In this document: piece by piece, positions 1-9,387 of the stretch | Layout of the letters: each line of letters opens with the position of its first letter | How positions within the stretch are numbered: position 1 is the stretch's first letter | From: a virus | Taxonomy: Duplodnaviria; Caudoviricetes | Length of the DNA: 64,000 bases | Virus record (IMG/VR): IMGVR_UViG_3300034157_000065 | Coordinates: 64,001-128,000 of that record | Reading direction: 5' to 3' (one strand) | Program-made: the position numbers and the translations under genes | Notes under the pieces: generated by a model | Databases searched by the model: none | The model's input: the letters and a program-made list of their open reading frames with translations, nothing else | Told to the model about the DNA's origin: nothing

Positions 1-85
1 ACCTGCCCGGTTTGTGATATACTATGCACCTATTATTGAAATGTTAAAATTTAACCCATTGTTCACTATTTAAGAGGATTTAATA

Positions 86-646
86 ATGATTACTAAAGAT
101 ATGTCTGTTCTTGAAGCCGTTACAATCGTCAATAATTATGTGGAAAAAGCCGAAGAATTTTATCTAACCTACCATGAAGCTGTTCGAGCACTTCGTAAAG
201 CAGCAGTATTCATTCGTAATGGTGATACTAAACAGCTTGTTCTGAAAGAGATTAAAGCGTATGAGAATGACAACCAAGAATTTGTACGTCGCTATCAACC
301 GTTGGTATTTTCATTTATCTATTTCATCTTCAACCATCCAGATAAAGAATCGCTTTTTGTCAGTGAAATTGTTCCTGAATCTGATGCAGACTTCTATAAT
401 TACAAGTTTTCTGGTCATTTTGGTGAACCCTTGGCACGTTTGCTTGAACTTGAAAAAGACGAGATTGAATTTAATCTGGGCGGGTTCTATGAAGATATGC
501 CGACTGAAAACCTAATCAATGGTAATATGACGCCAGCAGAATTCATTAAGGCAATCAGAAAATATGTGGAAGATGAACAGACTTTCAATTTTGATACAAT
601 TGCCAAAAATCATAAAGATGTTGTTGATTCCTACGAAAATAAATGA
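86..646 (+). CDS. hypothetical protein
   Basis: 186-aa ORF, AGAGGA RBS, upstream TG-n-TATACT -10. Confidence 0.8.
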   Translation: MITKDMSVLEAVTIVNNYVEKAEEFYLTYHEAVRALRKAAVFIRNGDTKQLVLKEIKAYENDNQEFVRRYQPLVFSFIYFIFNHPDKESLFVSEIVPESDADFYNYKFSGHFGEPLARLLELEKDEIEFNLGGFYEDMPTENLINGNMTPAEFIKAIRKYVEDEQTFNFDTIAKNHKDVVDSYENK

Positions 647-665
647 TTTTTTAATGAATAAGCTG

Positions 666-694
666 TTGTCAAAGGCCATGAATTGTCGTATAAT
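666..694 (+). promoter_or_regulatory. sigma70-type promoter of the tRNA-like gene
   Basis: TTGTCA(666-671)-17 nt-TATAAT(689-694). Confidence 0.75.
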
Positions 695-713
695 GGCCTC
701 GTTGCAAAAAAAA

Positions 714-782
714 CTGCCGCTAAGGCTGACCTTGGCCCTCTAAAAGCTAAAGGGAACGGTTCGACTCCGTTGCGGTGGACCA
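714..782 (+). tRNA. non-canonical tRNA, CUA (amber) anticodon, short D-arm
   Basis: Acceptor CTGCCGC/GCGGTGG + ACCA; T-arm AACGG-TTCGACT-CCGTT; anticodon loop CTCTAAA; D-arm AGG-CTGA-CCT; own promoter and terminator. Confidence 0.7.
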
Positions 783-791
783 ATTTAATAT

Positions 792-830
792 AATGCCAAC
801 TCATAGCGATGTGATGTTGGCATTTTTATT
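792..830 (+). terminator. intrinsic terminator
   Basis: AATGCCAAC...GTTGGCATT followed by T-tract. Confidence 0.65.
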
Positions 831-884
831 GTCTTTAATTTAATTTCATGCTATAATCAACCAAACTTTTTGGAGTGTTATTAC

Positions 885-1496
885 ATGGCACATGAAGAAC
901 AATTGAAGACCGTTGTGGATCGTATGAAATCTGTCTATGATATTGACATTATCAGTATGTGTTTGGTTAAAAATCAACATACTATTTATACAGCCAAGAC
1001 ATCTCTTGGCCCCGCTCGTATTTATATTCACAATATGTGTGCTAACATCACTTTCACATCAAGTATCGTTTTTGATGGTCAAAATCTCAATTTAAAGAAA
1101 GATGGTTCTAACCTTCAGCCCATTGTTGATGATATTAATGAACGAGCGATGGTGCTTAATGTGGTTAAATTGAAAACGATGGGTGGTAAACATATCCATT
1201 TCTTCGAAGATACTAAGTTTACGCTTAAATTCATTGTTAGCTATGCTTTAAAAAACCCACAAATTGTTTTTAAGGCTGTTCCTTATCCCCATTATGCCAA
1301 GTTTGTGTTTCTGGATGAAGTTGATTATCCGGGGTGTCAAAAAGAATTCCAAATCTCCTATATTCGAGATACTTTTCAGTCAATGTATGGCATTGATCAA
1401 GCCTTCCATTTTGTGCATGATTACTTTAAATCTAAAAAGATGACAATGGATGATGTTGTGAGATTAACAGCCCTTAATGATATGGTGATGATATGA
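885..1496 (+). CDS. hypothetical protein, C-terminal MxxI-tag family
   Basis: GGAG RBS before ATG 885; ends LNDMVMI. Confidence 0.8.
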   Translation: MAHEEQLKTVVDRMKSVYDIDIISMCLVKNQHTIYTAKTSLGPARIYIHNMCANITFTSSIVFDGQNLNLKKDGSNLQPIVDDINERAMVLNVVKLKTMGGKHIHFFEDTKFTLKFIVSYALKNPQIVFKAVPYPHYAKFVFLDEVDYPGCQKEFQISYIRDTFQSMYGIDQAFHFVHDYFKSKKMTMDDVVRLTALNDMVMI

Positions 1497-2140
1497 AAAG
1501 CTATAACGAATCGGACCCCATCCATCTTACTAGTATTGAGTCTGCACGTAAAATTCTGGTTGCTAAATTTGGCATTGACTTTACTAATGTAACCCGTGAA
1601 AGCCACGGAGACTATGTGGCTTCTGGGAAATATCCTGTCGATATTTATGCTTTAAACCACACCGATCTATACATTGGGATTAAAAATTTATTGCATCTTG
1701 AAAATGGTCTTTTAGTTTCAAAACTCAATGATCCTATGATTAATGAGTTCGTAAGAGATATGAACTCTTTCTTTTATATTTTCGACGCCTTACGTTTTAC
1801 AACGTGGTATAAAGATGTATTCTATTCTATTTTAGATAATATTAAACCTTCTATTATTTTCAAATATAATATTGAGTGTGATGATATGATGATTCATCTT
1901 GACTTAAACCCCAGTATTGAATCAGAAGATTCTATTTACATCACAACAAAAGATATCATTATTCAACATGGTTATGAACCCGCTGGTTTTAAAGCCGTCT
2001 ATCATGCAAATGGTTCGAACTATTTCAGTGATTTGTTGACTTACAAAACTAGACTTTTAAAGGTTTGGAATATTGATGAAAATAGTAGTGATATTGACTA
2101 TAAACGTCTTGGCGATTTAACTGACATGATTAATATTTAA
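1493..2140 (+). CDS. hypothetical protein, C-terminal MxxI-tag family (paralogue of 2145)
   Basis: ATGA overlap with upstream gene; ends IDYKRLGDLTDMINI. Confidence 0.85.
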   Translation: MKSYNESDPIHLTSIESARKILVAKFGIDFTNVTRESHGDYVASGKYPVDIYALNHTDLYIGIKNLLHLENGLLVSKLNDPMINEFVRDMNSFFYIFDALRFTTWYKDVFYSILDNIKPSIIFKYNIECDDMMIHLDLNPSIESEDSIYITTKDIIIQHGYEPAGFKAVYHANGSNYFSDLLTYKTRLLKVWNIDENSSDIDYKRLGDLTDMINI

Positions 2141-2144
2141 GGAC

Positions 2145-2870
2145 TTGATGATGACTGATGCTATTAAATCTAATGAAGAACAAGAAGAATCATCGTATGG
2201 ACGAGCATTACGAGAGTTTGTTTTTACGCCTGAACCTCAGAAATCAACTCGTGAAAAGGTTATGGATGTTAAACAATTGATTTTTGAGCATCTAAATATC
2301 TCTATTCATAATATGGAACCATCTTTATTTGGTGAATACACTGCAAAATCAGATGATGGGCATGATGTTAATATCTATTTATCTGGCTTTGGTGATGTTT
2401 GTTTTGCATTTGACAACATCATTACGCTTGATAATGGAATCGTTTCATCCGCCTTAAAATCGCCTATCATTCAGACTATGTTGAAAGATGTCAATCAATA
2501 TTTAGGCATTACTGAAAGTTTTCGTCTGACTAACGATCACATTGAACATTTGCCAGTTTTACCCAATGTTAAACCTTGGCTTGTGTTTAAATATATGAAA
2601 GAAACTAATAGCATTACTATTCAGGTTAGTTTTAAAATTTCTCTTAGATCAACAGGTGAGGCTTATTATTTAACGACCAAACAGACAGCCATTCAACATT
2701 TTTATGAACCATCTGGTTTTAATTGTATTTACTCAATTACAGGCGACAGTATTACTAATGATATTCAACATTATAAGGAACGTATGCTAAATGTATGGGG
2801 ACTTAACGAAGACGGCCAAGAAATTGACTATAAAAGACTTGGGGTATTGTCGGATATGATCAGTATTTGA
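2145..2870 (+). CDS. hypothetical protein, C-terminal MxxI-tag family (paralogue of 1493)
   Basis: shares IQH.YEP.GF and IDYKRLG.L.DMI.I with 1493. Confidence 0.85.
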   Translation: MMMTDAIKSNEEQEESSYGRALREFVFTPEPQKSTREKVMDVKQLIFEHLNISIHNMEPSLFGEYTAKSDDGHDVNIYLSGFGDVCFAFDNIITLDNGIVSSALKSPIIQTMLKDVNQYLGITESFRLTNDHIEHLPVLPNVKPWLVFKYMKETNSITIQVSFKISLRSTGEAYYLTTKQTAIQHFYEPSGFNCIYSITGDSITNDIQHYKERMLNVWGLNEDGQEIDYKRLGVLSDMISI

Positions 2871-2925
2871 TTGCTTCATTTCCATCTTTCTGTTATACTC
2901 AGGCACCTTATTGGAGATATTTCAC

Positions 2926-3075
2926 ATGAAAAAATCATTGTTGGCTCTTTGTCTTATGTTTGGTATGACCCAAGTGCAAGCGGCTGAACGTATTGTTATT
3001 GATATTCTCTTCCCGGTGACCTTGTGTGGCCCTATTTCCAAGCCCGCTACACAATTGAAAAAATGTGAGATCTAA
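2926..3075 (+). CDS. small secreted peptide (49 aa, not in ORF track)
   Basis: TGTTATACT -10, GGAG RBS, MKKSLLALCLMFGMTQVQA signal peptide; stop abuts next ATG. Confidence 0.65.
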   Translation: MKKSLLALCLMFGMTQVQAAERIVIDILFPVTLCGPISKPATQLKKCEI

Positions 3076-3567
3076 ATGCAGAGTTACATTTCATTCAAAG
3101 AGCTTCTTGAACAACCTGTTCAATCAATCGTTTCAGATGATGATGATGTTGAAGACTATTTGTCTATTCAAATTGGTGAGTTGGTTGATTTTCCAAGAAA
3201 TTTTAAAAATAATGAAGCCATCAAAATTCATATTTTTGAAGATTTCTGTTATGATGGCCGGCGAGTATGGCAACTTTTTTATGTTACGTTTAAAGATAAA
3301 ATTGTTATGGCTTGTTATGCGGCTGGTCGAGAAGGACAAGACAGTTATTCAGCCAGAGTTTTTGACTTGGAAGCTTTTTCTGAGATGGTTATGTTTATTG
3401 CCGAACAACGTGATTTTTATGACATTGAAAAGTTAAAACATGATGAATTGAATAAAATTAGAAAAAAGATTGCCGCTATTGATATACCGACTGGTTTTGA
3501 TGAAAGTGCGAATGATTTTATCAATTTTTATAGCAATAAATTTAATGATGTCTTTAGTAATTGGTAG
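3076..3567 (+). CDS. hypothetical protein
   Basis: 163-aa ORF with typical composition. Confidence 0.8.
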   Translation: MQSYISFKELLEQPVQSIVSDDDDVEDYLSIQIGELVDFPRNFKNNEAIKIHIFEDFCYDGRRVWQLFYVTFKDKIVMACYAAGREGQDSYSARVFDLEAFSEMVMFIAEQRDFYDIEKLKHDELNKIRKKIAAIDIPTGFDESANDFINFYSNKFNDVFSNW

Positions 3568-3611
3568 CCTTGTGATATAATACAGGCCACACATGAGAGT
3601 AGAGGCTAATC

Positions 3612-4136
3612 ATGACTTTATCCATACGCAAAGAATACGAAACCTTGGGGGTTGATACCTATTACAGCGATCATGCTGAAACGTATCATAATCCTCATGC
3701 TGCCTTCGCATTGAACTGTCTTGACCAACTTTGGGAAAAAGACTTTAAAAGCGTGCTGGATTTTGCTTGTGGTGATGGCCTTGTCTCTAAGCACCTTGCT
3801 AAAACTCAATCCGTAGATAGCATTGTTGGCTGTGATAAATTTCTATTTTCCCGTTATATAAAAGAAACCCATAATGAATGCTTTCAATATTCTTTCGAGG
3901 ATATTGCTAATGGCAACTTTGAGATGCCCAAGGTTGATGTGATTGTTTTTAGCTATGCCATTGACCTTGTTGAATCGTCTTACTTGAATACTATGCTTTA
4001 TGGACTTTCAACAGTGGCTGAGAATTTGATTGTTATTCGTCCTAACAACCATGTTGTAGAACATTTTGCTTGGACATTAAGTAACTCTGTAAAAGTAGAA
4101 AAATCGCGTGGCATGTTGTATACAAAAACCATTTAA
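3612..4136 (+). CDS. class I SAM-dependent methyltransferase
   Basis: motif I VLDFACGDG, acidic end of beta2 (IVGCD). Confidence 0.75.
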   Translation: MTLSIRKEYETLGVDTYYSDHAETYHNPHAAFALNCLDQLWEKDFKSVLDFACGDGLVSKHLAKTQSVDSIVGCDKFLFSRYIKETHNECFQYSFEDIANGNFEMPKVDVIVFSYAIDLVESSYLNTMLYGLSTVAENLIVIRPNNHVVEHFAWTLSNSVKVEKSRGMLYTKTI

Positions 4137-4150
4137 CTAGGAGCTTTAAA

Positions 4151-4570
4151 ATGATGAAGAAAATTGTTGGTCTAATGCTTATGTCCTTGTGCTTAATGAG
4201 CTTGGGTGCTTATGCTAATACTAGTGTTAGCACTTCTATTATCAATACAGTTGCCGCTTCTAGCATTATTGATGACCCCGAGGTTGAACCAGTAGCTGAA
4301 CCTGTTGTGGCGGTAAAGATTGAAGCAAAAGAAAAGTCATACAATGTAGAACCAGCCGGTAGTTATATGTTTACCATTTGTAATAGTGGACAAGCACAGA
4401 CAGCCCTTGCTTGGCAAACGGTTTGTGTAGCTGACAGGAAGCGTTCATTCATTTCCAGTATGTGTCCTATCATGTCTTATTTGCGTTATTGCCAACCTGC
4501 CACCGCACAGGAAGTAAAAGGATTGAACCCTTTGAAAGCGAATTATAATAACGTATTCATCAAAGAATAA
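4151..4570 (+). CDS. secreted hypothetical protein, Cys-containing
   Basis: signal peptide MMKKIVG...AYA; AGGAG RBS. Confidence 0.75.
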   Translation: MMKKIVGLMLMSLCLMSLGAYANTSVSTSIINTVAASSIIDDPEVEPVAEPVVAVKIEAKEKSYNVEPAGSYMFTICNSGQAQTALAWQTVCVADRKRSFISSMCPIMSYLRYCQPATAQEVKGLNPLKANYNNVFIKE

Positions 4571-4572
4571 AG

Positions 4573-5064
4573 GTGAATTCTATGAACTCTGCACCACTCA
4601 TGTATTCGATTACGTTTAAGCAAAAGATTGAGCCTTTCATGACTCATGATGATTTGAAACGAGTCACCAACATAATCATTGAAAATTGGTCTAAGATAGT
4701 TGATGAAACGCTAGCTAATGCAACACCAGAAGATTATAAGAACCCTTGGAACTATGTAGATCTTAATCGTGGCTTGATTTCTGGTAAGCTTTTGAATTAT
4801 AATAGCCGGGTTGTAGGTGACGATCTTGTTATTGAATTCAATCTGAATGAGATTCTGGATAGTTCATCAGAAATTAAAGCTGATTACTGGGAAGACAAGT
4901 ATCTTCAAAATTACAATGATGTTGAAAAATTGTTTCACCCACTCATTGATCGCTTTTTTAATAACTTTGGTGGTGCTTTCAGTTTCATTATGTTCGAAGA
5001 AATGGTTGCCAGTAACAATTTTAAAGAGTTTCCACAAATGCAACACAAGTTGTTTAATAAATAA
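4573..5064 (+). CDS. hypothetical protein
   Basis: ORF in operon; start may be ATG 4582. Confidence 0.75.
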   Translation: MNSMNSAPLMYSITFKQKIEPFMTHDDLKRVTNIIIENWSKIVDETLANATPEDYKNPWNYVDLNRGLISGKLLNYNSRVVGDDLVIEFNLNEILDSSSEIKADYWEDKYLQNYNDVEKLFHPLIDRFFNNFGGAFSFIMFEEMVASNNFKEFPQMQHKLFNK

Positions 5065-5095
5065 ATTTAACTCTCTTAGTAAAGGAAAAAACAAA

Positions 5096-5428
5096 ATGAT
5101 TAAACTGATGTTCTCGGCTGTCACTCTTGCTCTGTGTGCTTTTCAAACCGTTGCTCTGGCTGGTCCTATGGTTGTGATGCCAAGAGTTTATGTTGCACCT
5201 GTGCGTGTTGCTCCTGTTACTCCGACTGTCAAAGTAACGCCACCACCGGCCCGTGTGCAAGCCCCCAAAGCTAGCCAGCCTGATACGACTGCTACTAGTC
5301 TGATTCCCATCATGACAGGTATTGCTGTTATGAACGCCACTTCATCCGCGAATGCCGCCACTTCAGAAGAAGATGAACCTGAACAATCTGATGACGAATC
5401 TTCAACCGACGATTCTGTTAAAGAGTGA
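5096..5428 (+). CDS. secreted/membrane Pro-rich low-complexity protein
   Basis: AAGGA RBS, signal peptide MIKLMF...ALA, Pro/Val-rich middle, acidic tail. Confidence 0.7.
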   Translation: MIKLMFSAVTLALCAFQTVALAGPMVVMPRVYVAPVRVAPVTPTVKVTPPPARVQAPKASQPDTTATSLIPIMTGIAVMNATSSANAATSEEDEPEQSDDESSTDDSVKE

Positions 5429-5513
5429 TAGTCAAGACGGCATGATTGTGGTATAATAGCTTCAATTAAACGAGTTATCTTATCCCAATTATGCCATCTT
5501 GAAGGTAAATGAT

Positions 5514-6125
5514 ATGACCACTGAAACCGAATACCCTTTGATTGAAAACCTTGAACTTGTTAAACGCAAGAAGTTCGAAACACCAGAACAACGTCTTCAT
5601 GCTATTATTACCGTTCTTGATGAGGAAGCATCTTCTCGTTGGGTAGAACGGGATTCTGACGAAGCTGTTCCGGTTGAAATGCGTCGTCAGTCTAATTACC
5701 GTTGGGATGTGGCTAGTTGCGTATTCAAGGATGATGACATTCTGCACATGATGCGAGTTAAAGAATTGACCAACACTGTCACTCAAAGTCACTTGCTGTG
5801 TGTGTCTTTACCCGAAATCTTTTACGATATGGCTGCCAACTTGCTTTACCTTTCTTATGCAAAGGACAGTGGCAGTCAGTTAACCGCAGAAGAAAATAAT
5901 GAAATCATCAAAACTATTTTTGGTGAGCAATTTTCTCGCTTGGATCAAGCTTTTCATGAATGGTTGATTGAGCATGTTCCAAAAATGTTGGTGGTGCATC
6001 CCGCTTGGACGAATACTGACCCAGTTAAATATACTGCAAGTCAAGTTCAGCATTATCGCACAACTTACGAAGGTTCTTTTTTTATGCCTCATATTGAAGA
6101 AGCAATTCAAAATGTTACAGGTTAA
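5514..6125 (+). CDS. hypothetical protein
   Basis: upstream TGGTATAAT, AAGGT RBS. Confidence 0.8.
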   Translation: MTTETEYPLIENLELVKRKKFETPEQRLHAIITVLDEEASSRWVERDSDEAVPVEMRRQSNYRWDVASCVFKDDDILHMMRVKELTNTVTQSHLLCVSLPEIFYDMAANLLYLSYAKDSGSQLTAEENNEIIKTIFGEQFSRLDQAFHEWLIEHVPKMLVVHPAWTNTDPVKYTASQVQHYRTTYEGSFFMPHIEEAIQNVTG

Positions 6126-6153
6126 AATTCCTAAAAACTAACTTTTAAGCTGT

Positions 6154-6177
6154 AAAGCCTCTTCGGAGGCTTTTTTT
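6154..6177 (+). terminator. intrinsic terminator (UUCG loop)
   Basis: AAAGCCTC-TTCG-GAGGCTTT + T-tract. Confidence 0.85.
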
Positions 6178-6248
6178 ATGAATTTTAATTAACTTGATTT
6201 TTTCTGTAAGAGTGCTACTCTTTTATTTACACTAATGGAGCCATCAAA

Positions 6249-6830
6249 TTGTTCAGAAAATTTATTAATTATATAAAATTAGATAAAACAACTATTCTTA
6301 TACTTGTTGCTATCTTATCCTTCAAGTCTTTTGCGTATAATCCATCTTATGTGCCTACTGGATCAATGATACCTACCATTGATGAGAAATCATTTATACT
6401 GGTCGATGTTCATAGTTATGGCCTGAAAATACCTTTTACTAAAATTGAGATTTTAAAAACAGGTCATCCAGAACGTGGTGATATTGCTGTGTTTAGAATG
6501 CCACTGGATGAAAGCACCAATTATGTAAAACGTATTGTGGCAGTAGCGGGTGATACTGTTTATTTCAACGATCATTCATTTAAAATTAATGAAATACCAA
6601 CTGACATGCCTAACATGAAGAAAGCTGTTGTTCCAGTCGGTTACTATTTTGCTATTGGTGATAATATTAATCACTCCTACGATAGCCGTTTCTGGGGTTA
6701 CGTTCCAGAGAGTAATTTAGTGGGTAAATATGTCACCACATTGCTCAGTTTGAATAAGATATTGCCTAATTCAGACAAGCCTGCAGAGCACGAAAAACAT
6801 GGCGAAGAAAAACTCAATTTGCAAAAATAA
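6249..6830 (+). CDS. lepB: signal peptidase I (S26)
   Basis: N-terminal TM, VPTGSMIPT (catalytic Ser), YVKRIV (catalytic Lys), GDNINHSYDSRFWG. Confidence 0.92.
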   Translation: MFRKFINYIKLDKTTILILVAILSFKSFAYNPSYVPTGSMIPTIDEKSFILVDVHSYGLKIPFTKIEILKTGHPERGDIAVFRMPLDESTNYVKRIVAVAGDTVYFNDHSFKINEIPTDMPNMKKAVVPVGYYFAIGDNINHSYDSRFWGYVPESNLVGKYVTTLLSLNKILPNSDKPAEHEKHGEEKLNLQK

Positions 6831-6871
6831 TAAAACCTGCTATAATTGGCTCCAACAACGGAGCCTTTTCT

Positions 6872-7147
6872 ATGTCCAATAAAACTTTTATTGCATTTGT
6901 TAACTTGGTTGACAAATATGAAAAAACATTAAATGAACTTGATGATCCAGAACTCATGAAGACTGATAAGTTGTTTGCAATGACAATGGCTGACTTCAAA
7001 GAAGAGTTTATCAGTTATTGGCTGCTGATTGAACAGTATTCTCGACTTAAAGTGTTTGGCACTGAGGAAGAGATGTTTGCGACTTTAAGTGAAATGCAAA
7101 AAATCATTGATAAAAAGAATGAACCTGTTCAGGAAAATTTTGTTTGA
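6872..7147 (+). CDS. hypothetical protein
   Basis: TGCTATAAT -10, GGAG RBS. Confidence 0.75.
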   Translation: MSNKTFIAFVNLVDKYEKTLNELDDPELMKTDKLFAMTMADFKEEFISYWLLIEQYSRLKVFGTEEEMFATLSEMQKIIDKKNEPVQENFV

Positions 7148-7184
7148 TGTATTTCCAATCTATTAACTACATAAGGAGCTTTTA

Positions 7185-7310
7185 ATGAACGATAAAACAA
7201 AACCAATTCCACCTGTGAAACCAAAAGGCCCACCTGTTAGACGAGTGGTTAACGAGAAAGTTATCAACAAGAAAGAAATTGAGGATTGGGATAACCGCAA
7301 AAAACAGTAG
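7185..7310 (+). CDS. small basic Pro-rich protein (41 aa, not in ORF track)
   Basis: AAGGAG RBS, MNDKTKPIPPVKPKGPP... Confidence 0.55.
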   Translation: MNDKTKPIPPVKPKGPPVRRVVNEKVINKKEIEDWDNRKKQ

Positions 7311-7375
7311 TCGCTGTAGACGAAAACCTTCATTCATGGTATAATAGCTCCATATTTCAAGCAGAGTGAACAAAC

Positions 7376-8269
7376 ATGAAAGCTTCCGATTTTAACAAAA
7401 ACTTCATCAAAGACCTTAAACTGCCAATTGCAGTGGATAAGTCTCCCTATTTTGAACATTACCTTGAATTGACCAGTCCTTATTATGGTTCCGTTGAAAA
7501 ATACGAAACCTTTAAGCGTGACTTTGAAGCGTTCGGTAGTCAATTCTTCTTTGAACACAACCGTAAAACAGTGAACGGCACCCTTGATATGATCTCGGCT
7601 TCGCCTGAATACGCTCGTTTTAACGCAATGGATATGAGTGTATTCAACAAAGAAATCAAAATCAGTGCAAAAGACCTTTACAAGTCGGATAAGGCTGATA
7701 AAAAGTTTTACAGCATTGATTTGGTTAAAGCCAACTTCCAGTCGCTGTTGCTGGTAGAGCCGACCATTTTTGGTGGTCATACCGATTATACTGAATTTGC
7801 GATTAGTCGTGGTTTTAACGAATACATGCTCATCAGTAAAATTACTCGCCAAATCTTGTTTGGTAACTTGAACCCGAAACGTCAACAAAAGGTTCAATAC
7901 TTCATGATGAACCAGATTGCTGATAAGTTGATTAAAGCCGGTGTGGATGTTTCGTGTGTGTATAGCCTTTCTTCTGATGAACTTGTCTTTGAACAAGGCG
8001 ACTACAAGAAAGAGGCTATTTTGGACGCTATTGCACCACTTGGCTATAATGTTCGTCTGGAAGCTTTCACGCTTCGTAAACCCTTTGATAAGCCCTTCTA
8101 TGTGAAGGAAAGGGATGATGGCAGTGTAGAGTTTAAGATGGTTCCTACGGCTGTAATGGCTGAGTTCATCAAACGCTTTGAAGGTCGTGCTGTTGAAGAC
8201 ATTGACCTTTACTTCTACGATGAAAGTAAACGCCTTGCAAAATTCGTTGAACCTGCCATCGAAAATTAA
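7376..8269 (+). CDS. hypothetical protein, possible polymerase palm-like motifs
   Basis: 297 aa; SIDLVKANF and SLSSDELVF resemble palm motifs A and C. Confidence 0.6.
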   Translation: MKASDFNKNFIKDLKLPIAVDKSPYFEHYLELTSPYYGSVEKYETFKRDFEAFGSQFFFEHNRKTVNGTLDMISASPEYARFNAMDMSVFNKEIKISAKDLYKSDKADKKFYSIDLVKANFQSLLLVEPTIFGGHTDYTEFAISRGFNEYMLISKITRQILFGNLNPKRQQKVQYFMMNQIADKLIKAGVDVSCVYSLSSDELVFEQGDYKKEAILDAIAPLGYNVRLEAFTLRKPFDKPFYVKERDDGSVEFKMVPTAVMAEFIKRFEGRAVEDIDLYFYDESKRLAKFVEPAIEN

Positions 8270-8280
8270 TATTGATAGTT

Positions 8281-8308
8281 AAAAAAGCAGTCTTCGGGCT
8301 GCTTTTTT
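8281..8308 (+). terminator. intrinsic terminator (UUCG loop)
   Basis: AAAAGCAGTC-TTCG-GGCTGCTTTT. Confidence 0.85.
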
Positions 8309-8369
8309 CTTTCCATAACTCTTATACTATGGTATAATCACTATCTTAATTAAATAAACAGGTGACAAC

Positions 8370-9080
8370 ATGATCGGTAGAAAAGCATATTTCCGTTATG
8401 GTAACAAAGTGATGGCTGTTGAGGTCTATGCTGAGACTCCAGAAGCCTTTAAAGAGCGGACGGGCATTGATGTTATTGACCATACCGTTGCAGAAGTCGC
8501 CATTTTGGTTGATTATACAGGTGTTGTCTCCGAAGTCCGTGTTGGAAAGTCTGTTGAAAAACTGCGTTATGCTCAAGGGATTGCAGAAGTCATTACACGT
8601 CCAAGGTTGATGATGGCTCAACAAGATATTGATGATGCGATTGCTCGCTCGACCATTTCTTTGGAATTGAAACAAATTGCCGATATTCCTGACATGCCTG
8701 AACATTTCAAAGATTATTTGACTCCTTCATTCTATTTTGATACAGATGACCGCAAAGCTGGTAAAACAAGTTTCGTGGGTTTTGTTGAAATACCTAACGA
8801 AAACCATTTTATTTTGAATAATTTGATTACGTTGCATTCTGCTGCATTTAGTATGCCTGATAAAAAGGAGTTTGTTTCTGTTCATATTTTTAAAAGTGGA
8901 ACTTTTGAATTTGACACAGAGAAGGATGTTATTGAAAAAGGTGAGTGGATTGTCTTAATTTATGGTGTGGATAACTATTCTTTAGGCAAACGCTTTCATA
9001 CCGAACAGGAAGCAAATGATTTTGTTCGTCTTGGTTGGAAGATGGAACTTGAAAACGACTTACTCTACTACAATTCATAA
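8370..9080 (+). CDS. hypothetical protein
   Basis: 236-aa ORF, promoter and AGGTG RBS. Confidence 0.8.
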   Translation: MIGRKAYFRYGNKVMAVEVYAETPEAFKERTGIDVIDHTVAEVAILVDYTGVVSEVRVGKSVEKLRYAQGIAEVITRPRLMMAQQDIDDAIARSTISLELKQIADIPDMPEHFKDYLTPSFYFDTDDRKAGKTSFVGFVEIPNENHFILNNLITLHSAAFSMPDKKEFVSVHIFKSGTFEFDTEKDVIEKGEWIVLIYGVDNYSLGKRFHTEQEANDFVRLGWKMELENDLLYYNS

Positions 9081-9195
9081 GTATTAAAATACGACAAAAG
9101 GCTCATTAGTGGGCCTTTTTTTATTGACGATTTTTGATAAAAGTGGTATAATTCTTTCCAATAACTACCATATAAGGTAGTATGGAGGATGGAAA

Positions 9196-9375
9196 ATGCG
9201 TATGTTACTGTTGAAAGTTCTCATTGTTGTTAGCGTTTTGACACTTGTTGTAACGGGGAGTATTTGGGCTGCTGTTCTTTCAGTCGCTTTTGGTTCTCTG
9301 TTGGCATTAGAGAAAAATGAAGTTACACACTTGTGCCACAAACAATGCACTTATAAATTTAGCCAAAATTATTAA
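9196..9375 (+). CDS. small membrane protein (59 aa, not in ORF track)
   Basis: GGAGG RBS, long hydrophobic N-terminal half. Confidence 0.55.
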   Translation: MRMLLLKVLIVVSVLTLVVTGSIWAAVLSVAFGSLLALEKNEVTHLCHKQCTYKFSQNY

Positions 9376-9387
9376 GGATACCAAACA

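Noticed and set aside
714-782. tRNA-Pyl assignment (CTCTAAA loop, small D-arm)
   Set aside because: It has A73 rather than G73, a canonical TTCGA T-loop and a 5-nt variable region, and there are no pyl genes in the window.
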